Shown in pieces: positions 9,328 through 20,352 of a stretch of DNA of 64,000 bases. The number at the start of each line of letters is the position of its first letter. The stretch's first letter is position 1. The notes under the pieces are model-generated. The model saw only the letters and a program-made list of their open reading frames with translations. It was not told the DNA's origin and searched no databases. The translations under genes and the position numbers were made by a program. The stretch is taken from NCBI GenBank assembly GCA_027339965.1, contig DAHWNL010000006.1, positions 32,001 through 96,000 of the forward strand, written 5' to 3'. This DNA is from Granulicella sp. (GTDB taxonomy: Bacteria > Acidobacteriota > Terriglobia > Terriglobales > Acidobacteriaceae).

Positions 9328-10374
9328 ATGAAGCTGAGCGAGTTAGCGGAAATCCTGGCGGCGACGCTGGTTCCCGGCCAAGGCCAGTCCATGGAATCCG
9401 CCGCTGCCGTGGTGATCGAGGATGTCTCCGCCATTGAGACCGCCGGTGCAACTCATCTATCCTTTGTCGCCAACCCAAAATATGCGCACCTGGCGCATAC
9501 TACCCGAGCCGGTGCGCTCATCGTCGAACCCGGCTTTGCTGCCCTGAAGACTCCCACGCTTCGCATCCCCACCCCCTATCTCGCCTGGTCGCAGGCGATC
9601 GGCCTCTTTCATCCGGCCCCATCCTACCCGCCGGGGGTCCATCCCACCGCGGTCATCGCTCCCACTGCCACCCTTGGAGCCCGAGCCCACATTGGAGCCT
9701 ATGTGGTCATCGGTCCGGACTGCCGCATTGGGGATGACGCCGTTCTGCTTTCCCATACCGTTCTCTACCCTGGAGTTCAAGTAGGTCACCGATTCCTGGC
9801 CCACGCGCACAGCGTGATTCGAGAGAACTGCCGGATTGGCGATGACGTGATCCTGCAGAATGGAGCCATCATCGGAGCTGATGGCTTTGGCTTCGCGAAA
9901 GACGCCGAGGGCCGCTGGGTCAAGATCCTGCAATCCGGTCCCGCGGTTCTGGAGGATGCCGTTGAGGTGCAGGCCAACGCGTGCGTGGATCGCGCTTCCG
10001 TGGGTACAACCCACATTGCGTCCGGGGTCAAGATCGACAATCTCGTCCAGGTGGGCCACGGGTGCTCGGTAGGCAAGGACACGCTTCTTTGCGCCCAGAC
10101 CGGACTCAGCGGATCCACCATCGTGGGCAAAGGCGTCATTCTGGCCGGCCAGGTCGGCGCCGCCGGGCACCTGACCATCGGCGACGGAGCCATCGCCACA
10201 GCCCAGACCGGCATTCCCTCTGACGTCGCTCCGGGTGCCGTCGTCAGTGGTTACCCTGCCACCGACAATCGCACCTGGCTGCGCACGGTGGCCGCTCTCG
10301 CCCGCCTGCCCGAACTTCTCAAGCGCGTTGCGGCCCTGGAAAAACTCCTTGGCTCCCGCCCAGACCGATCCTGA
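9328..10374 (+). CDS. lpxD: UDP-3-O-(3-hydroxyacyl)glucosamine N-acyltransferase
   Basis: Hexapeptide repeats, GADGFGF, KIDNLVQVGH and GQVG. Confidence 0.95.
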   Translation: MKLSELAEILAATLVPGQGQSMESAAAVVIEDVSAIETAGATHLSFVANPKYAHLAHTTRAGALIVEPGFAALKTPTLRIPTPYLAWSQAIGLFHPAPSYPPGVHPTAVIAPTATLGARAHIGAYVVIGPDCRIGDDAVLLSHTVLYPGVQVGHRFLAHAHSVIRENCRIGDDVILQNGAIIGADGFGFAKDAEGRWVKILQSGPAVLEDAVEVQANACVDRASVGTTHIASGVKIDNLVQVGHGCSVGKDTLLCAQTGLSGSTIVGKGVILAGQVGAAGHLTIGDGAIATAQTGIPSDVAPGAVVSGYPATDNRTWLRTVAALARLPELLKRVAALEKLLGSRPDRS

Positions 10375-10408
10375 ACGAAACCATCGGCAGAACTGCTAGG
10401 CTTAAGCA

Positions 10409-10846
10409 ATGAAGTACTCCGCCCCCAACGTCCGGCTGCGTCCTTGGAGTTCTTTGGAGGCTGAGAGTCCGGCAGGGCCGCCGCGCCGCCTCCGCTTGGC
10501 AACAGTGCTCCCCATGGTTGCAGCCGGAGCCTGGGCCAGCCTGATCGGCTGCCACTCGCCGTACGTGGCAATGACGGTCCACAATGCTGGAGCACAGCCA
10601 GTCTCTCTGATCGAGGTTGACTATCCTGACGCCAGCTTCGGGATTGACGCGCTTGCCGCCGGGGCCAGTTACCGCTACAGCTTCCAGATCCTGGGAAGCG
10701 GACCCACCAAGATCTCCTGGACCGATGCGAGCCGGAAAAGCCATGCCTCTGCCGGGCCCGAGCTGCAGGAGGGCCAGCAGGGCACCCTCCGGGCCACGCT
10801 CAACGGAAAGACGGCGATCTGGCAAGCCAGCATTCGATCCCACTGA
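10409..10846 (+). CDS. Hypothetical lipoprotein
   Basis: Hydrophobic stretch ending in lipobox-like LIGC, followed by a small beta-rich domain. Confidence 0.65.
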   Translation: MKYSAPNVRLRPWSSLEAESPAGPPRRLRLATVLPMVAAGAWASLIGCHSPYVAMTVHNAGAQPVSLIEVDYPDASFGIDALAAGASYRYSFQILGSGPTKISWTDASRKSHASAGPELQEGQQGTLRATLNGKTAIWQASIRSH

Positions 10847-10911
10847 TGCCTCGTGGTCTCCATCTCTCACGGCTCGCCGGCTTCCTGCGGGCTTTGCAGT
10901 AGACTCCAATC

Positions 10912-11622
10912 GTGAGCCAAGCAAGCAGAAACCCCTCCAGCGCCGGTCTCTTCATCAGCTTTGAAGGTCTCGACGGATCCGGTAAAACCACCCAGCTGAG
11001 GCTGCTGGGAGATGCGCTGCGCGCCGACGGGCATCGCGTCATCACTCTCCGCCAGCCCGGGGGAACGCCGCTGGGCAACCGCATTCGCTCCATTCTGCTG
11101 GATTCGGGCAGTGACGCCGACCTGGGCACCATTGCTCCGGAAGCCGAACTGGCCCTGATGTTCGCCGATCGTGCTCAAAGCCTGCGCGAGGTGATTCTGC
11201 CCGGGCTGGCTGACGGCAGCGTGGTGCTTTGCGACCGCTACACAGACTCCTCCGAGGCTTACCAGGGCGCCGGCCGCGGTCTGGGCTCAGACCGTGTTCT
11301 CGCGCTGCATCAAGCCCTCTGCAACAACCTCCAGCCGGACCTTACCATTCTTCTGCTTCCGCCCCTGGCTACGGCGCTGCGCCGCGCCCGAAGCCGCAAT
11401 GACCGGCACCTCCGCCAGATGGGGGCCGACGAGAATCGATTCGAAGCCGAGAGCAACGAGTTCTATGCTCGCGTCTACGATCAATACCTCGAGATCGCCC
11501 GCCGCAACGCGGACCGCCTTGTGGTCTTTCGCGGCGAGGACTCCATCGCCACCATTCAAAGGCTGATTCTGGATGTCGTGCGCGAGCGGCTCGCAGCTGC
11601 CGGACGGACGGGCGTGCCTTGA
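10912..11622 (+). CDS. tmk: Thymidylate kinase
   Basis: FEGLDGSGKTTQ, LMFADRAQ, CDRYTDSS.AYQG and RFE. Confidence 0.95.
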   Translation: MSQASRNPSSAGLFISFEGLDGSGKTTQLRLLGDALRADGHRVITLRQPGGTPLGNRIRSILLDSGSDADLGTIAPEAELALMFADRAQSLREVILPGLADGSVVLCDRYTDSSEAYQGAGRGLGSDRVLALHQALCNNLQPDLTILLLPPLATALRRARSRNDRHLRQMGADENRFEAESNEFYARVYDQYLEIARRNADRLVVFRGEDSIATIQRLILDVVRERLAAAGRTGVP

Positions 11623-11686
11623 ATGCGCAGCAGGCGGCTCCAGCCAGGCTCTCTGCCTCCCCAGCAGCGGAATGCCTTTCGGGGGC

Positions 11687-12412
11687 CTACAGCCACTTCA
11701 GAAACTCCCGGGCTAGGTCCAACTCCGGGAATAGCCGCTCCTCTGCCTGAAACTCCCGCGAATGCACGCAGCGGCGCCCGGCTCTCACCTTGATCGGGTG
11801 CTTCAAGTGCAGCATCTCGTGGTACAGCAGGTACTCGATGGCGTAACGCGGCGTGCCCGGCCGGTCAAAGACGCGGCTGACCACAATCGTGTTGTGCGCC
11901 GCGTCATAATGCCCCAGCATCCGCTTGGCCACGTGTGCGCTCCAGGTCAGAATTGGCCTTCCCATCAAACCATGGAAGAATCGCCGGTTCACAGACTCAA
12001 AGACCTCGTTCAGATCGTAGACCTCGCCCTGCGGCGAAGTGAGGATCTTTCGGCCGCGCATCTGCCGCAACCGTTCGGCCTGGCGGGAGACCGCTTCGGA
12101 GCGGGCAAAGCGCCGATACCGGTCCGCATGCATCGGCGCTACCGGCTTGCGGTACAGTTTCGCCAGCAAAATATGCGCAATTGCCTGGTGAACGCTCTCA
12201 GGAGCATCCTCCAGCAGGTCGGAAAGCCGGACCACCAACCGGCCCTTTCCCTCCTGGTCACGGCGCAGCCGAATCGTGGTATTCAGGCTGGTGAATCGCC
12301 GCAGCTTGACCTCCAGCAACGGCATGGGCGCCCTGGGCCGCAAGGCGCGGTACTCCTGCTCAAAGATCGAGAGGACCGAGAGGGGTACGCTTGGCAAAGC
12401 AGGACACGGCAC
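11687..12412 (-). CDS. SprT/YgjP-like zinc metallopeptidase domain protein
   Basis: YLLYHEMLHLKH and HSREF near the C-terminus; start uncertain. Confidence 0.75.
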   Translation of the reverse strand: MPCPALPSVPLSVLSIFEQEYRALRPRAPMPLLEVKLRRFTSLNTTIRLRRDQEGKGRLVVRLSDLLEDAPESVHQAIAHILLAKLYRKPVAPMHADRYRRFARSEAVSRQAERLRQMRGRKILTSPQGEVYDLNEVFESVNRRFFHGLMGRPILTWSAHVAKRMLGHYDAAHNTIVVSRVFDRPGTPRYAIEYLLYHEMLHLKHPIKVRAGRRCVHSREFQAEERLFPELDLAREFLKWL

Positions 12413-12459
12413 GCTGGCATCAGCGTATCATGCTGACTTGCAGAAGGCGCGGTGCCTTA

Positions 12460-13833
12460 TCAGCGCGCGCTTTCCAACAAGTTGATTCTCTGTTTTGCCT
12501 GCCACTCCTGATCGGGAAACTTTCCGGCGGCTGCGGCAAGAAACTCCTTGTATGCCTTGATCGCCCGTTGCCGATGGCGCAGATGATCCTCGGCAGTGGC
12601 CTGCAAAAACAGTGACGTGGGCGAGTCCGGCAGCACCGTGGCCCGCGCCGCCAGCGCCTGCAGGCAGGTCTGGGGATCGTTGTTCTTGGACGCCGCAAAC
12701 GCCAGATGGCCTTCGGCCGCTCCCCACGCCTTATCGTCGCCAAAGGCTGCGCGCGAGGCAACTGCCTTCTCCAGAGTCGCTTCAGCTGCCGCATCCTGCC
12801 CTTGTTTGACCTGCGCGCTGCCAAGCGCATCCAGCAGCATCGGATCATTCGGGCGCAGGGCCAGCAACTGCAGATCGAGTTGTTCTGCTTTCGCATTGTC
12901 GCCGCTGACATCGTAGAGCTGAGCCAGAAGTTCGGTGGTATCGGGATCGGCTGCAATCTTGGGGTCGGAAGAGCGCAACTGCTCCAGCAGCGGAATGGCC
13001 GCCGCGGCCTTCCCCTCGGCCGCGTAGACCTCCGCAGCCTGCGCTACCAGACGCACATCCTGAGGATGCTCCTTCAACGCTGAGGACACCACCGCATCGG
13101 CCTGATCCAACTTGCCCTCCTTCTGCAACGCATGGGCAAGTCCCGCCTCCGCATCCACATTGCTGGGCATCAGGTTCAGCGTTTTCTGATACGCTGTCGC
13201 CGCATCGGCCCAATCCTTGGCGCGGTCGGCCAGGTCGGCGCTCATCAGCACATCGTCAGGAGTCGCCGGGGTCAGCTTGAGCGCGGCGAGCAACTCCTCC
13301 CGTGCCGCCTCCGGATCCTTCTGCTCGTCCAGATGCGCCAGGGCGCGCAGCGCCCGTGCGCGGAGATCCACGGATGCTGAGGCGAGATTGGATGCGGCCA
13401 GCAGCTCCTTGTGAGCCTGATCGAGGCGTCCGTCGCGCGCGTCCAGCAACCCTAGCGCAACCCGGGGCTCGGCAAACTGCGGCAAAGCCGCCACGGAGGC
13501 GGCATAGGCCTGCGCCGCCGCCGCTTCTTCTCCATTGCGTTCTTCGGCGAACCCAAGATCATATTGCACCCTGCCGTCCTTGGGGTTCTGCGCGGCCAGC
13601 AGCTTCAACGCGGCCTCGGCCTGCCCGTAGTTTTGCCGTTCCAGCGCGCTCTCCGCCGCCTCCACCTGCCTGCGGTAAACCTCTTGCTGGGAGCCGTCAT
13701 CCACGCTGTGCGTTCCTGGCGGAAGGGTCTGCGCCGCCGCGGAGAATACCCAGGCGGCCATCAGGCCGGCCATCGTCACGCAACGGCCGGCATATCCGGC
13801 AAAGGATGCGAAGGCCACACCATGGAACCTCAT
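12460..13833 (-). CDS. Secreted tetratricopeptide repeat protein
   Basis: Signal peptide (..FSAAAQ) followed by repeated Ala/Leu helical TPR units with P-D/P-N turns. Confidence 0.85.
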   Translation of the reverse strand: MRFHGVAFASFAGYAGRCVTMAGLMAAWVFSAAAQTLPPGTHSVDDGSQQEVYRRQVEAAESALERQNYGQAEAALKLLAAQNPKDGRVQYDLGFAEERNGEEAAAAQAYAASVAALPQFAEPRVALGLLDARDGRLDQAHKELLAASNLASASVDLRARALRALAHLDEQKDPEAAREELLAALKLTPATPDDVLMSADLADRAKDWADAATAYQKTLNLMPSNVDAEAGLAHALQKEGKLDQADAVVSSALKEHPQDVRLVAQAAEVYAAEGKAAAAIPLLEQLRSSDPKIAADPDTTELLAQLYDVSGDNAKAEQLDLQLLALRPNDPMLLDALGSAQVKQGQDAAAEATLEKAVASRAAFGDDKAWGAAEGHLAFAASKNNDPQTCLQALAARATVLPDSPTSLFLQATAEDHLRHRQRAIKAYKEFLAAAAGKFPDQEWQAKQRINLLESAR

Positions 13834-16800
13834 GCCACCTCCTGCGTGGCCTGAGCGCCGGAGCCCTTCAATACCGATCTCAACCAGCGCCCCGTATGGG
13901 ACTCCGGCACGCCGGCAAGGTCCTCTGGAGTTCCAGCCGCCACAACCTGCCCGCCCCCTGCTCCGCCCTCCGGACCCATATCAATCACCCAATCGGCGCA
14001 TTTGATCACGTCCAGATTGTGCTCGATCACCAGCACGGATCCACCACCGTCGATCAGTTTTTGGAAGACGGTCAACAGCTTGGCCACATCTTCAAAGTGC
14101 AGCCCTGTGGTGGGCTCATCCAGGATATAGAGGATGCGGCTGGCTGTTCGCTTGGCTGCGCCGTGAACTCCCGCGGCCCCACCCGAGGCTCCGGCGCGGG
14201 CCGCGGCCAGATGTTGCGCCAGCTTCACCCGTTGCGCCTCTCCTCCACTCAGTGTGGTGGCGCTCTGGCCCAGGCGCACATAGCCCAGCCCTACTTCGTC
14301 CAGCACCGCCAGGCGATCGACAATCCTGGGATGGCCGGCAAAGTAGACCAGCGCCTCGCGAACCGTCATCTGCAACACATCGCAAATGTTCCTGGTCTTA
14401 TACTTCACCTCCAGAATGGAGGGCTGATAGCGCGTCCCATTGCACTGCTCGCACGGCAACTCGACATCGGCAAGGAACTGCATCTCCACGGTCACCACCC
14501 CGTCGCCTTCGCATACGTCGCAGCGACCGCCCGGAACATTGAAGGAAAAAGATCCTGCCGTCAGGCCCTTTCGCCGCGCATCCGGCTGAGCCGCAAACAG
14601 CTCCCGGATCGCGTCAAAGGCTTTGATATAGGTCACCGGGTTGGAGCGCGGCGTCCGTCCAATCGGTGACTGATCCACCAGGACCACATCGTTCAAATAC
14701 TGCGATCCCGAGATCTCCCGATACAGGCTTGCGGACTCCTGCCCTCCTTCCTCTTTGCCCAACGCCCGCAGCAGCGCGCCATAGAGCACCTGATGCACCA
14801 GCGTCGATTTACCCGACCCAGAGACGCCGGTTACGCAGCACAACAGCCCCAAGGGAATCTCTACGTCCGCGCCGCGCAAGTTGTGAAGTCTGGCTCCCTT
14901 CAGCAGCAGCCGCTCCCGCTCCCGCTCCAGGCGATGGCGGGGAACGCTGATCTTCGACCGGCCGCTCAGATAGCGTCCGGTCAGGGATGTGGGAATCTCC
15001 TTTACCTCGTCAGGGGAGCCTGCGGCCAGCAACTCTCCACCCAACTCGCCCGCGCCCGGCCCCAGGTCGAGCAGATGGTCAGCGGCCCGGATCACCTCTG
15101 GATCGTGTTCCACCACCAGAATGGTATTACCCAGGTCGCGTAGCTCCTCCATGATTTGGATCAACTTGGCAGTATCCCGCGCGTGCAGCCCAATTGAGGG
15201 CTCATCCAGCACGTAGAGCGCTCCCACCAGACGAGAACCCAGGCTTGCGGCCAGTTGGATGCGCTGGGATTCTCCTCCACTCAACGTGGAGCTCAGCCGG
15301 TCCAGGGTCAGATACTCCAGCCCCACCTGTTGCAGAAAGCGCACTCTTTGGCGCACCTCTTCCAGCACCTTGCCGGCTATCTCCTGCTGCGCTGGACTCA
15401 GCTTCAGCCTTTCCAGGAACTCCCGCGCCTCCATGATGGTGAACGCACAGAGTGCGCTGAGGTTTTTCCCCTCCAGGAGAACCGCGCGCGCTTCCGCGCG
15501 AAGACGCTGGCCTCGGCAATCCGGGCAGAGAGCATATCCACGGTAACGGGAGAGGAAGACGCGGATGTGCAGCTTGTACTTCTTGCGCTCCAGTTCGGCA
15601 AAGAAACCGCGGATCCCAGGCCAGTGCGGGCAGGACCCGGAGCCTGCTCCGCCCTCTTCGATAAATCGACGTTGTCCCTCGCTCAGATCAAACCAGGGCA
15701 CATCCAGCGGAATCCCCTCCGCCTTGGCGGCGCGTCTCATCTCCCCTTGCCAGGAACGGTACTTTGGCTTGGTCCAGGGATCGATCGCGCCTTCATCGAG
15801 CGTCTTGGCGGGATTGGGAACGATCAGATTGGGATCAAAGTCGATGGTGTTGCCGAATCCCTGGCAACGCGGGCAAGCTCCGTAGGGATTGTTGAAACTA
15901 AACAGACTCGGCTCCGGCTCGCGATAGGCACGGTGGCAGTCAGAGCACTTGAAGGCGGCTGAGTAACGCAGCATGGATTCGCCGGAGCGCGTCTCTGCCC
16001 CTCCATCCCTTGGAACCGTCCGGAACACAATCTCTCCCGCCTCACGATACCCGGTCTCGATCGCATCCACGATCCGCGGCCGAAGATCGGGCGAGAGCAC
16101 CAACCGGTCCACCAGAACATAGATCGGCCGCTCCAGGGATGCCGCAAAGTCCAACTCCAGCAGAGACTCCGGAGTAGAGAATTCAACAATCCTGCCCGCT
16201 CCTTCGCCCGTCTCCGCCTGCCAGAGCCGGTTATACCCGCGCCGGCGGAGATCTCCCAGGCGTTGCCGCATCCACTCCCCGCCGAATTCCTGGCCAGGCA
16301 CGTGCCCGCTCTGGGACTCCACGGTCTTCCGGCCCGCTTTGCCCGCTTTTTTGCTGGGCGTCTTCGCTACCCGAACGCTGCTTTCGTCCTCGCCAGGTTT
16401 GGCGATCGAATCAAACTCCCGTAGCGTCTCCATCTTCACATGGCTGCGCACCACGGGGAACAGGACATACAGGCGTGTGCCTTCAGCCAGACCGAAGATC
16501 CGCGTCACAATCTCGTCCACGGTATCGCGGCGCACAATGCCTCCACAGTGAAGGCAAGTCACCGTCCCACAGCGGGCATAGAGCAGGCGAAGATAATCGT
16601 AGATCTCCGTGGCCGTGGCCACCGTGGAGCGCGGATTGCGGGTTTGATTCTTCTGGCGAATGGCGATCGCGGGGGCCAGGCCATCGATGGAATCCACCGC
16701 AGGCTTCTCCATACGCTCCAGAAACTGCCGGGCATAGGCGGAGAGGCTCTCGACGTAACGCCTCTGTCCTTCGGCGTACACCGTATCAAACGCCAGCGAG

Positions 16801-16940
16801 GACTTCCCTGAACCCGACACGCCGCTGACCACCACCAGAGCATGGTGCGGTATATCGACATCGATGCCCTTCAGGTTATGGGTTCGCGCGCCGCGAATCG
16901 TAATCTTGTCCTTTGGAGCATCCTTCCCCATGGGACTCAT
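13830..16940 (-). CDS. uvrA: Excinuclease ABC subunit A (UvrA paralog)
   Basis: Two ABC cassettes ([27 protein letters not shown]) and CxxC zinc fingers; [18 protein letters not shown]. Confidence 0.93.
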   Translation of the reverse strand: MSPMGKDAPKDKITIRGARTHNLKGIDVDIPHHALVVVSGVSGSGKSSLAFDTVYAEGQRRYVESLSAYARQFLERMEKPAVDSIDGLAPAIAIRQKNQTRNPRSTVATATEIYDYLRLLYARCGTVTCLHCGGIVRRDTVDEIVTRIFGLAEGTRLYVLFPVVRSHVKMETLREFDSIAKPGEDESSVRVAKTPSKKAGKAGRKTVESQSGHVPGQEFGGEWMRQRLGDLRRRGYNRLWQAETGEGAGRIVEFSTPESLLELDFAASLERPIYVLVDRLVLSPDLRPRIVDAIETGYREAGEIVFRTVPRDGGAETRSGESMLRYSAAFKCSDCHRAYREPEPSLFSFNNPYGACPRCQGFGNTIDFDPNLIVPNPAKTLDEGAIDPWTKPKYRSWQGEMRRAAKAEGIPLDVPWFDLSEGQRRFIEEGGAGSGSCPHWPGIRGFFAELERKKYKLHIRVFLSRYRGYALCPDCRGQRLRAEARAVLLEGKNLSALCAFTIMEAREFLERLKLSPAQQEIAGKVLEEVRQRVRFLQQVGLEYLTLDRLSSTLSGGESQRIQLAASLGSRLVGALYVLDEPSIGLHARDTAKLIQIMEELRDLGNTILVVEHDPEVIRAADHLLDLGPGAGELGGELLAAGSPDEVKEIPTSLTGRYLSGRSKISVPRHRLERERERLLLKGARLHNLRGADVEIPLGLLCCVTGVSGSGKSTLVHQVLYGALLRALGKEEGGQESASLYREISGSQYLNDVVLVDQSPIGRTPRSNPVTYIKAFDAIRELFAAQPDARRKGLTAGSFSFNVPGGRCDVCEGDGVVTVEMQFLADVELPCEQCNGTRYQPSILEVKYKTRNICDVLQMTVREALVYFAGHPRIVDRLAVLDEVGLGYVRLGQSATTLSGGEAQRVKLAQHLAAARAGASGGAAGVHGAAKRTASRILYILDEPTTGLHFEDVAKLLTVFQKLIDGGGSVLVIEHNLDVIKCADWVIDMGPEGGAGGGQVVAAGTPEDLAGVPESHTGRWLRSVLKGSGAQATQEVA

Positions 16941-17452
16941 TCACTCCTTTGTGGCCAGAGCATCTCCAGCAGCAGCAGGCTTACCCCAACGACAATCGAC
17001 GAGTCCGCCACATTGAAGTCCGGCCAGTGATAGTGGATGATGTGTACTTCTAGAAAATCGATGACGTAGCCGAAATGCACGCGGTCATAAAGATTTCCAC
17101 AGGCCCCGCCAAGGATCAGCGCCAAGCCCACCGATGTTGCGCTCAACCTCCGGCCTGTCTTCCACAGCAGCAGCAGAACCACCGCAACGGCAAGCAGAGA
17201 GAAGCCCACCAGAAAGTGCCGCACCAGCGCAGGGGATCCACTTCCCTCAAACAAGTTGAAGGATGCGCCGGGATTGAGCACATGGGTGAGGCGGAAGACT
17301 CTGGGAAGCACCACGATCGCCTGACCGGGCACGATATGAGCTGCGATCCAGCGCTTGCTCGCGCGGTCCAGCAGGATTACCGCGGCTGCGATGACAAACA
17401 TCAACCAACGCATATCCGGCCCCATTCTTTGCTTAGGAATAGTTGCGGGCAT
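16937..17452 (-). CDS. lspA: Lipoprotein signal peptidase II
   Basis: [20 protein letters not shown] and WPDFNVADS. Confidence 0.95.
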   Translation of the reverse strand: MPATIPKQRMGPDMRWLMFVIAAAVILLDRASKRWIAAHIVPGQAIVVLPRVFRLTHVLNPGASFNLFEGSGSPALVRHFLVGFSLLAVAVVLLLLWKTGRRLSATSVGLALILGGACGNLYDRVHFGYVIDFLEVHIIHYHWPDFNVADSSIVVGVSLLLLEMLWPQRSE

Positions 17453-20352
17453 CAGGCCTCCTTCCCAGCGGCGGGAGGAAAGCCCGTCGCCTCAAGAGCC
17501 TCGGCACAGCGCGCGCACACGGTCGGCCAGCGAGGGTCCGTTCCCACATCCACCACCACGCGCCAGCAACGTTCGCACTTGACGCCATCGGCCACTTTGG
17601 CTTCGATCCGCACAGCCGCATGGCTCTGGCCTGCACCCACAAGCTGGACGGTAGCTTGAGATACGTTGAAGTACTCGGCAAGCGCCTGTTCATACCGCTC
17701 TAGCGCCTGCGCCTCCCTGGATCCTTCCTTGGCGATCACCCGCACGCTCGCCTCCAGGCTCTTTCCAATGGACTTGCTCAGGCGGAGCGCCTCTAACTCA
17801 ATCATCACGAGCTGGCGGATTCGAGCCAATTGCTCCCAGTCCGCCTCCAGAGCAGCGATATTGCCCGGTATGACCTCGGACATCTCCGGGAACAGAGCCA
17901 GATGCACGCTCATGGCTCTGCCCTCCACTTTGGGCAGGTGCTGCCAGACTTCATCGGCGGTAAAGGACAGGATCGGAGCGATTAATCTGGCCAACACCTC
18001 GGCGATTCGCCAGATCGCCGTCTGCGCGCTCCGGCGCGCCGGATGCCGCGGCGCGAAGGTGTAGAGTCGGTCCTTGACCACATCTAGATAGAGCGCACTC
18101 AGGTCAGAGTTGGCAAACTCGTTCAGCGCCTGATAGGCGCGATGGAACTCGAACTCTTCATAGGCTCTGCGGATGACCGCATCCAGCTCCGCCGTGCGCG
18201 CCAGAATGTAGCGGTCCAGCGGCTGCATCTCCAACCAGCCAACCGCGTGGCCGGCCGGATCAAAGTCGGCAAGATTGCTGAGCAGAAAGCGAAAGGTATT
18301 GCGCAGCTTGCGATAGTTCTCGCTCACCCGCTGCATCAGATTCTCGCTGGCCGCCACATCCTCGCGGAAGTCCACGCTGGCGACCCAGAGGCGAATGATC
18401 TCGCCGCCCAGGCGATTGGCCACATCCACCGGATCAACGCCGTTTCCCAGCGATTTGGAAAAGGCGCGTCCCTGCTCGTCCAACGTCCATCCGCTGGTCG
18501 CGACCATCTTGTAGGGAGCCGCGTCGCGGATCCCTACGGAACACAGCAGCGAGGAATGAAACCATCCCCGATGCTGGTCTCCCCCTTCCGTATAGAGATC
18601 GGCCGGCCAGCGCAGCTCCGGCTCCACGTCCAGCACGGCGTGCCAACTGGCGCCGCTCTCAAACCACACGTCCAGGATGTCCATCTCCTTGCGAAACTGC
18701 ATCACCGCACCGCAGGCAGGACAGTCCGTTCCGGCCGGCAGCAGTTCCAGGGCTTCATACTTGTACCAGGCATCGGCGCCCTCGCGGGAGAACAGCTCCA
18801 CCAGGCTTCGGTTGATTGCCTGCTGGTTCAGGGGCTCATGACACTTCTCGCAGAGAAAGACCGCGATCGGAACACCCCAGATTCGCTGCCGGGAGATACA
18901 CCAGTCCGGCCGAGTCGCGATCATGTTGGAGATGCGTTCCTCCCCCCAGGCCGGATCCCAACTCACACGCTTAATCTCCTCCAGCGCACGCTGACGGAAG
19001 CTCTGCTGGCCTTCGCCTGCCTTCAAGGAAAGCACTGGCGTCTCCATGGCAATAAACCACTGCTCGGTTGCGCGAAAGATCAGCGGCTTGTGGCAGCGCC
19101 AGCAGTGCGGATATTTGTGCTCCAAGTGGCGCCGTCCCAACAGCGCGCCCCTGGTCACCAGCAGATCCTCGATGGCGGCGTTGGCCTTGAAGACGAACAT
19201 ACCGTCATATTCCGGCAGTCCGTTACGCAACTTACCCTGCGCATCCACATTGCAGGCCAGCGGAAGTTCGTAGCGGAGTCCAGTGGCGAAGTCGTCCGGT
19301 CCATGGGCCGGAGCGGTGTGCACCGCACCCGTGCCCTGATCCGTCGTCACATAATCGGCGTTGACACCCAGAATCTCTCGGTCAAGAAACGGGTGAGCGA
19401 AGGTCGTCCGCTCCATTCTGGATCCCGGGAAGGCTGCGATCGCAACCGCGCCGGCCAGATCTCCCTGCAGATCGCAGGCCGATTGCACCGGCTCGATCAG
19501 AGCCTCCGCGACGATATACACATCGTCTTCTGCCTGGTCTCCCCGGCTCAGGGCCACATAGGCTGTCTCCGGGTGGAAGGCCACTGCCACGGAGGCCGGG
19601 AGCGTCCACGGCGTTGTCGTCCAGATGATGGTCCACACCCTTCTCCGGCCACGCAGACGCGGATGAATCTTCTCCGGCGAACTGTTCAAGCGGTAGCGCA
19701 CATAGACGCTGGGCGAGGTGTGCATGGCGTACTCCACCTCGGCCTCCGCCAAAGCGGTGTGGTCATGGGCGCACCAGTACACCGGCTTCAGCCCCTTGTA
19801 AACAAAGCCTTTTTCGTAGAATCCGTAAAACGTTTCGAGAATCCGCGCCTCGTAAGCGAAGTCCATGGTGGCGTACGGCTGCTCCCAGCGTCCAAACACC
19901 CCCAAACGCTTGAACTGCGCGCGCTGCAAGTCGATGAACTCCGCCGCATACTCGCGGCAGGCCCTGCGCACCTCCAAGGGGTCCATCTGCAGCTTTTTTC
20001 CGCCCAGCTTCTCATCCACCTTGATCTCAATCGGCAACCCATGGCAGTCCCAACCCGGCACATAAGGCGCATCGAACCCGGCCATGGTCTTGGTTTTGAC
20101 CACAAAGTCCTTGATGCACTTGTTCAAGGCATGCCCCAGATGAATCGCCCCGTTGGCATAGGGCGGTCCGTCGTGCAGAATGTACTGCGGAGCCCCCCTG
20201 CGCGCCTTGCGTATCTCCTCGTAGAGGCCCGCTGCCTCCCATGACGCCAGCCGCTTGGGTTCATTCTGGGGCAGATTCGCCTTCATCGAGAAATCTGTCC
20301 TGGGCAGGTTGAGCGTCCCCTTCAGGCCCTTCTTCTTGTCATCTTCCGACAT
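17452..20352 (-). CDS. ileS: Isoleucine--tRNA ligase
   Basis: LHDGPPYANG, HLGH, GWDCHGLPIE, WCISRQR, AFSKS (KMSKS variant) and C-terminal CxxC..CxxC zinc finger; start at ATG 20352 after GGAG. Confidence 0.97.
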   Translation of the reverse strand: MSEDDKKKGLKGTLNLPRTDFSMKANLPQNEPKRLASWEAAGLYEEIRKARRGAPQYILHDGPPYANGAIHLGHALNKCIKDFVVKTKTMAGFDAPYVPGWDCHGLPIEIKVDEKLGGKKLQMDPLEVRRACREYAAEFIDLQRAQFKRLGVFGRWEQPYATMDFAYEARILETFYGFYEKGFVYKGLKPVYWCAHDHTALAEAEVEYAMHTSPSVYVRYRLNSSPEKIHPRLRGRRRVWTIIWTTTPWTLPASVAVAFHPETAYVALSRGDQAEDDVYIVAEALIEPVQSACDLQGDLAGAVAIAAFPGSRMERTTFAHPFLDREILGVNADYVTTDQGTGAVHTAPAHGPDDFATGLRYELPLACNVDAQGKLRNGLPEYDGMFVFKANAAIEDLLVTRGALLGRRHLEHKYPHCWRCHKPLIFRATEQWFIAMETPVLSLKAGEGQQSFRQRALEEIKRVSWDPAWGEERISNMIATRPDWCISRQRIWGVPIAVFLCEKCHEPLNQQAINRSLVELFSREGADAWYKYEALELLPAGTDCPACGAVMQFRKEMDILDVWFESGASWHAVLDVEPELRWPADLYTEGGDQHRGWFHSSLLCSVGIRDAAPYKMVATSGWTLDEQGRAFSKSLGNGVDPVDVANRLGGEIIRLWVASVDFREDVAASENLMQRVSENYRKLRNTFRFLLSNLADFDPAGHAVGWLEMQPLDRYILARTAELDAVIRRAYEEFEFHRAYQALNEFANSDLSALYLDVVKDRLYTFAPRHPARRSAQTAIWRIAEVLARLIAPILSFTADEVWQHLPKVEGRAMSVHLALFPEMSEVIPGNIAALEADWEQLARIRQLVMIELEALRLSKSIGKSLEASVRVIAKEGSREAQALERYEQALAEYFNVSQATVQLVGAGQSHAAVRIEAKVADGVKCERCWRVVVDVGTDPRWPTVCARCAEALEATGFPPAAGKEA

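Noticed and set aside
18142..20244. 700-aa ORF on the + strand
   Set aside because: Antisense shadow of ileS caused by high-GC codon bias; no motifs. The same applies to 2029-3423, 13302-14669, 29840-31153, 41646-43061 and 57620-58783.
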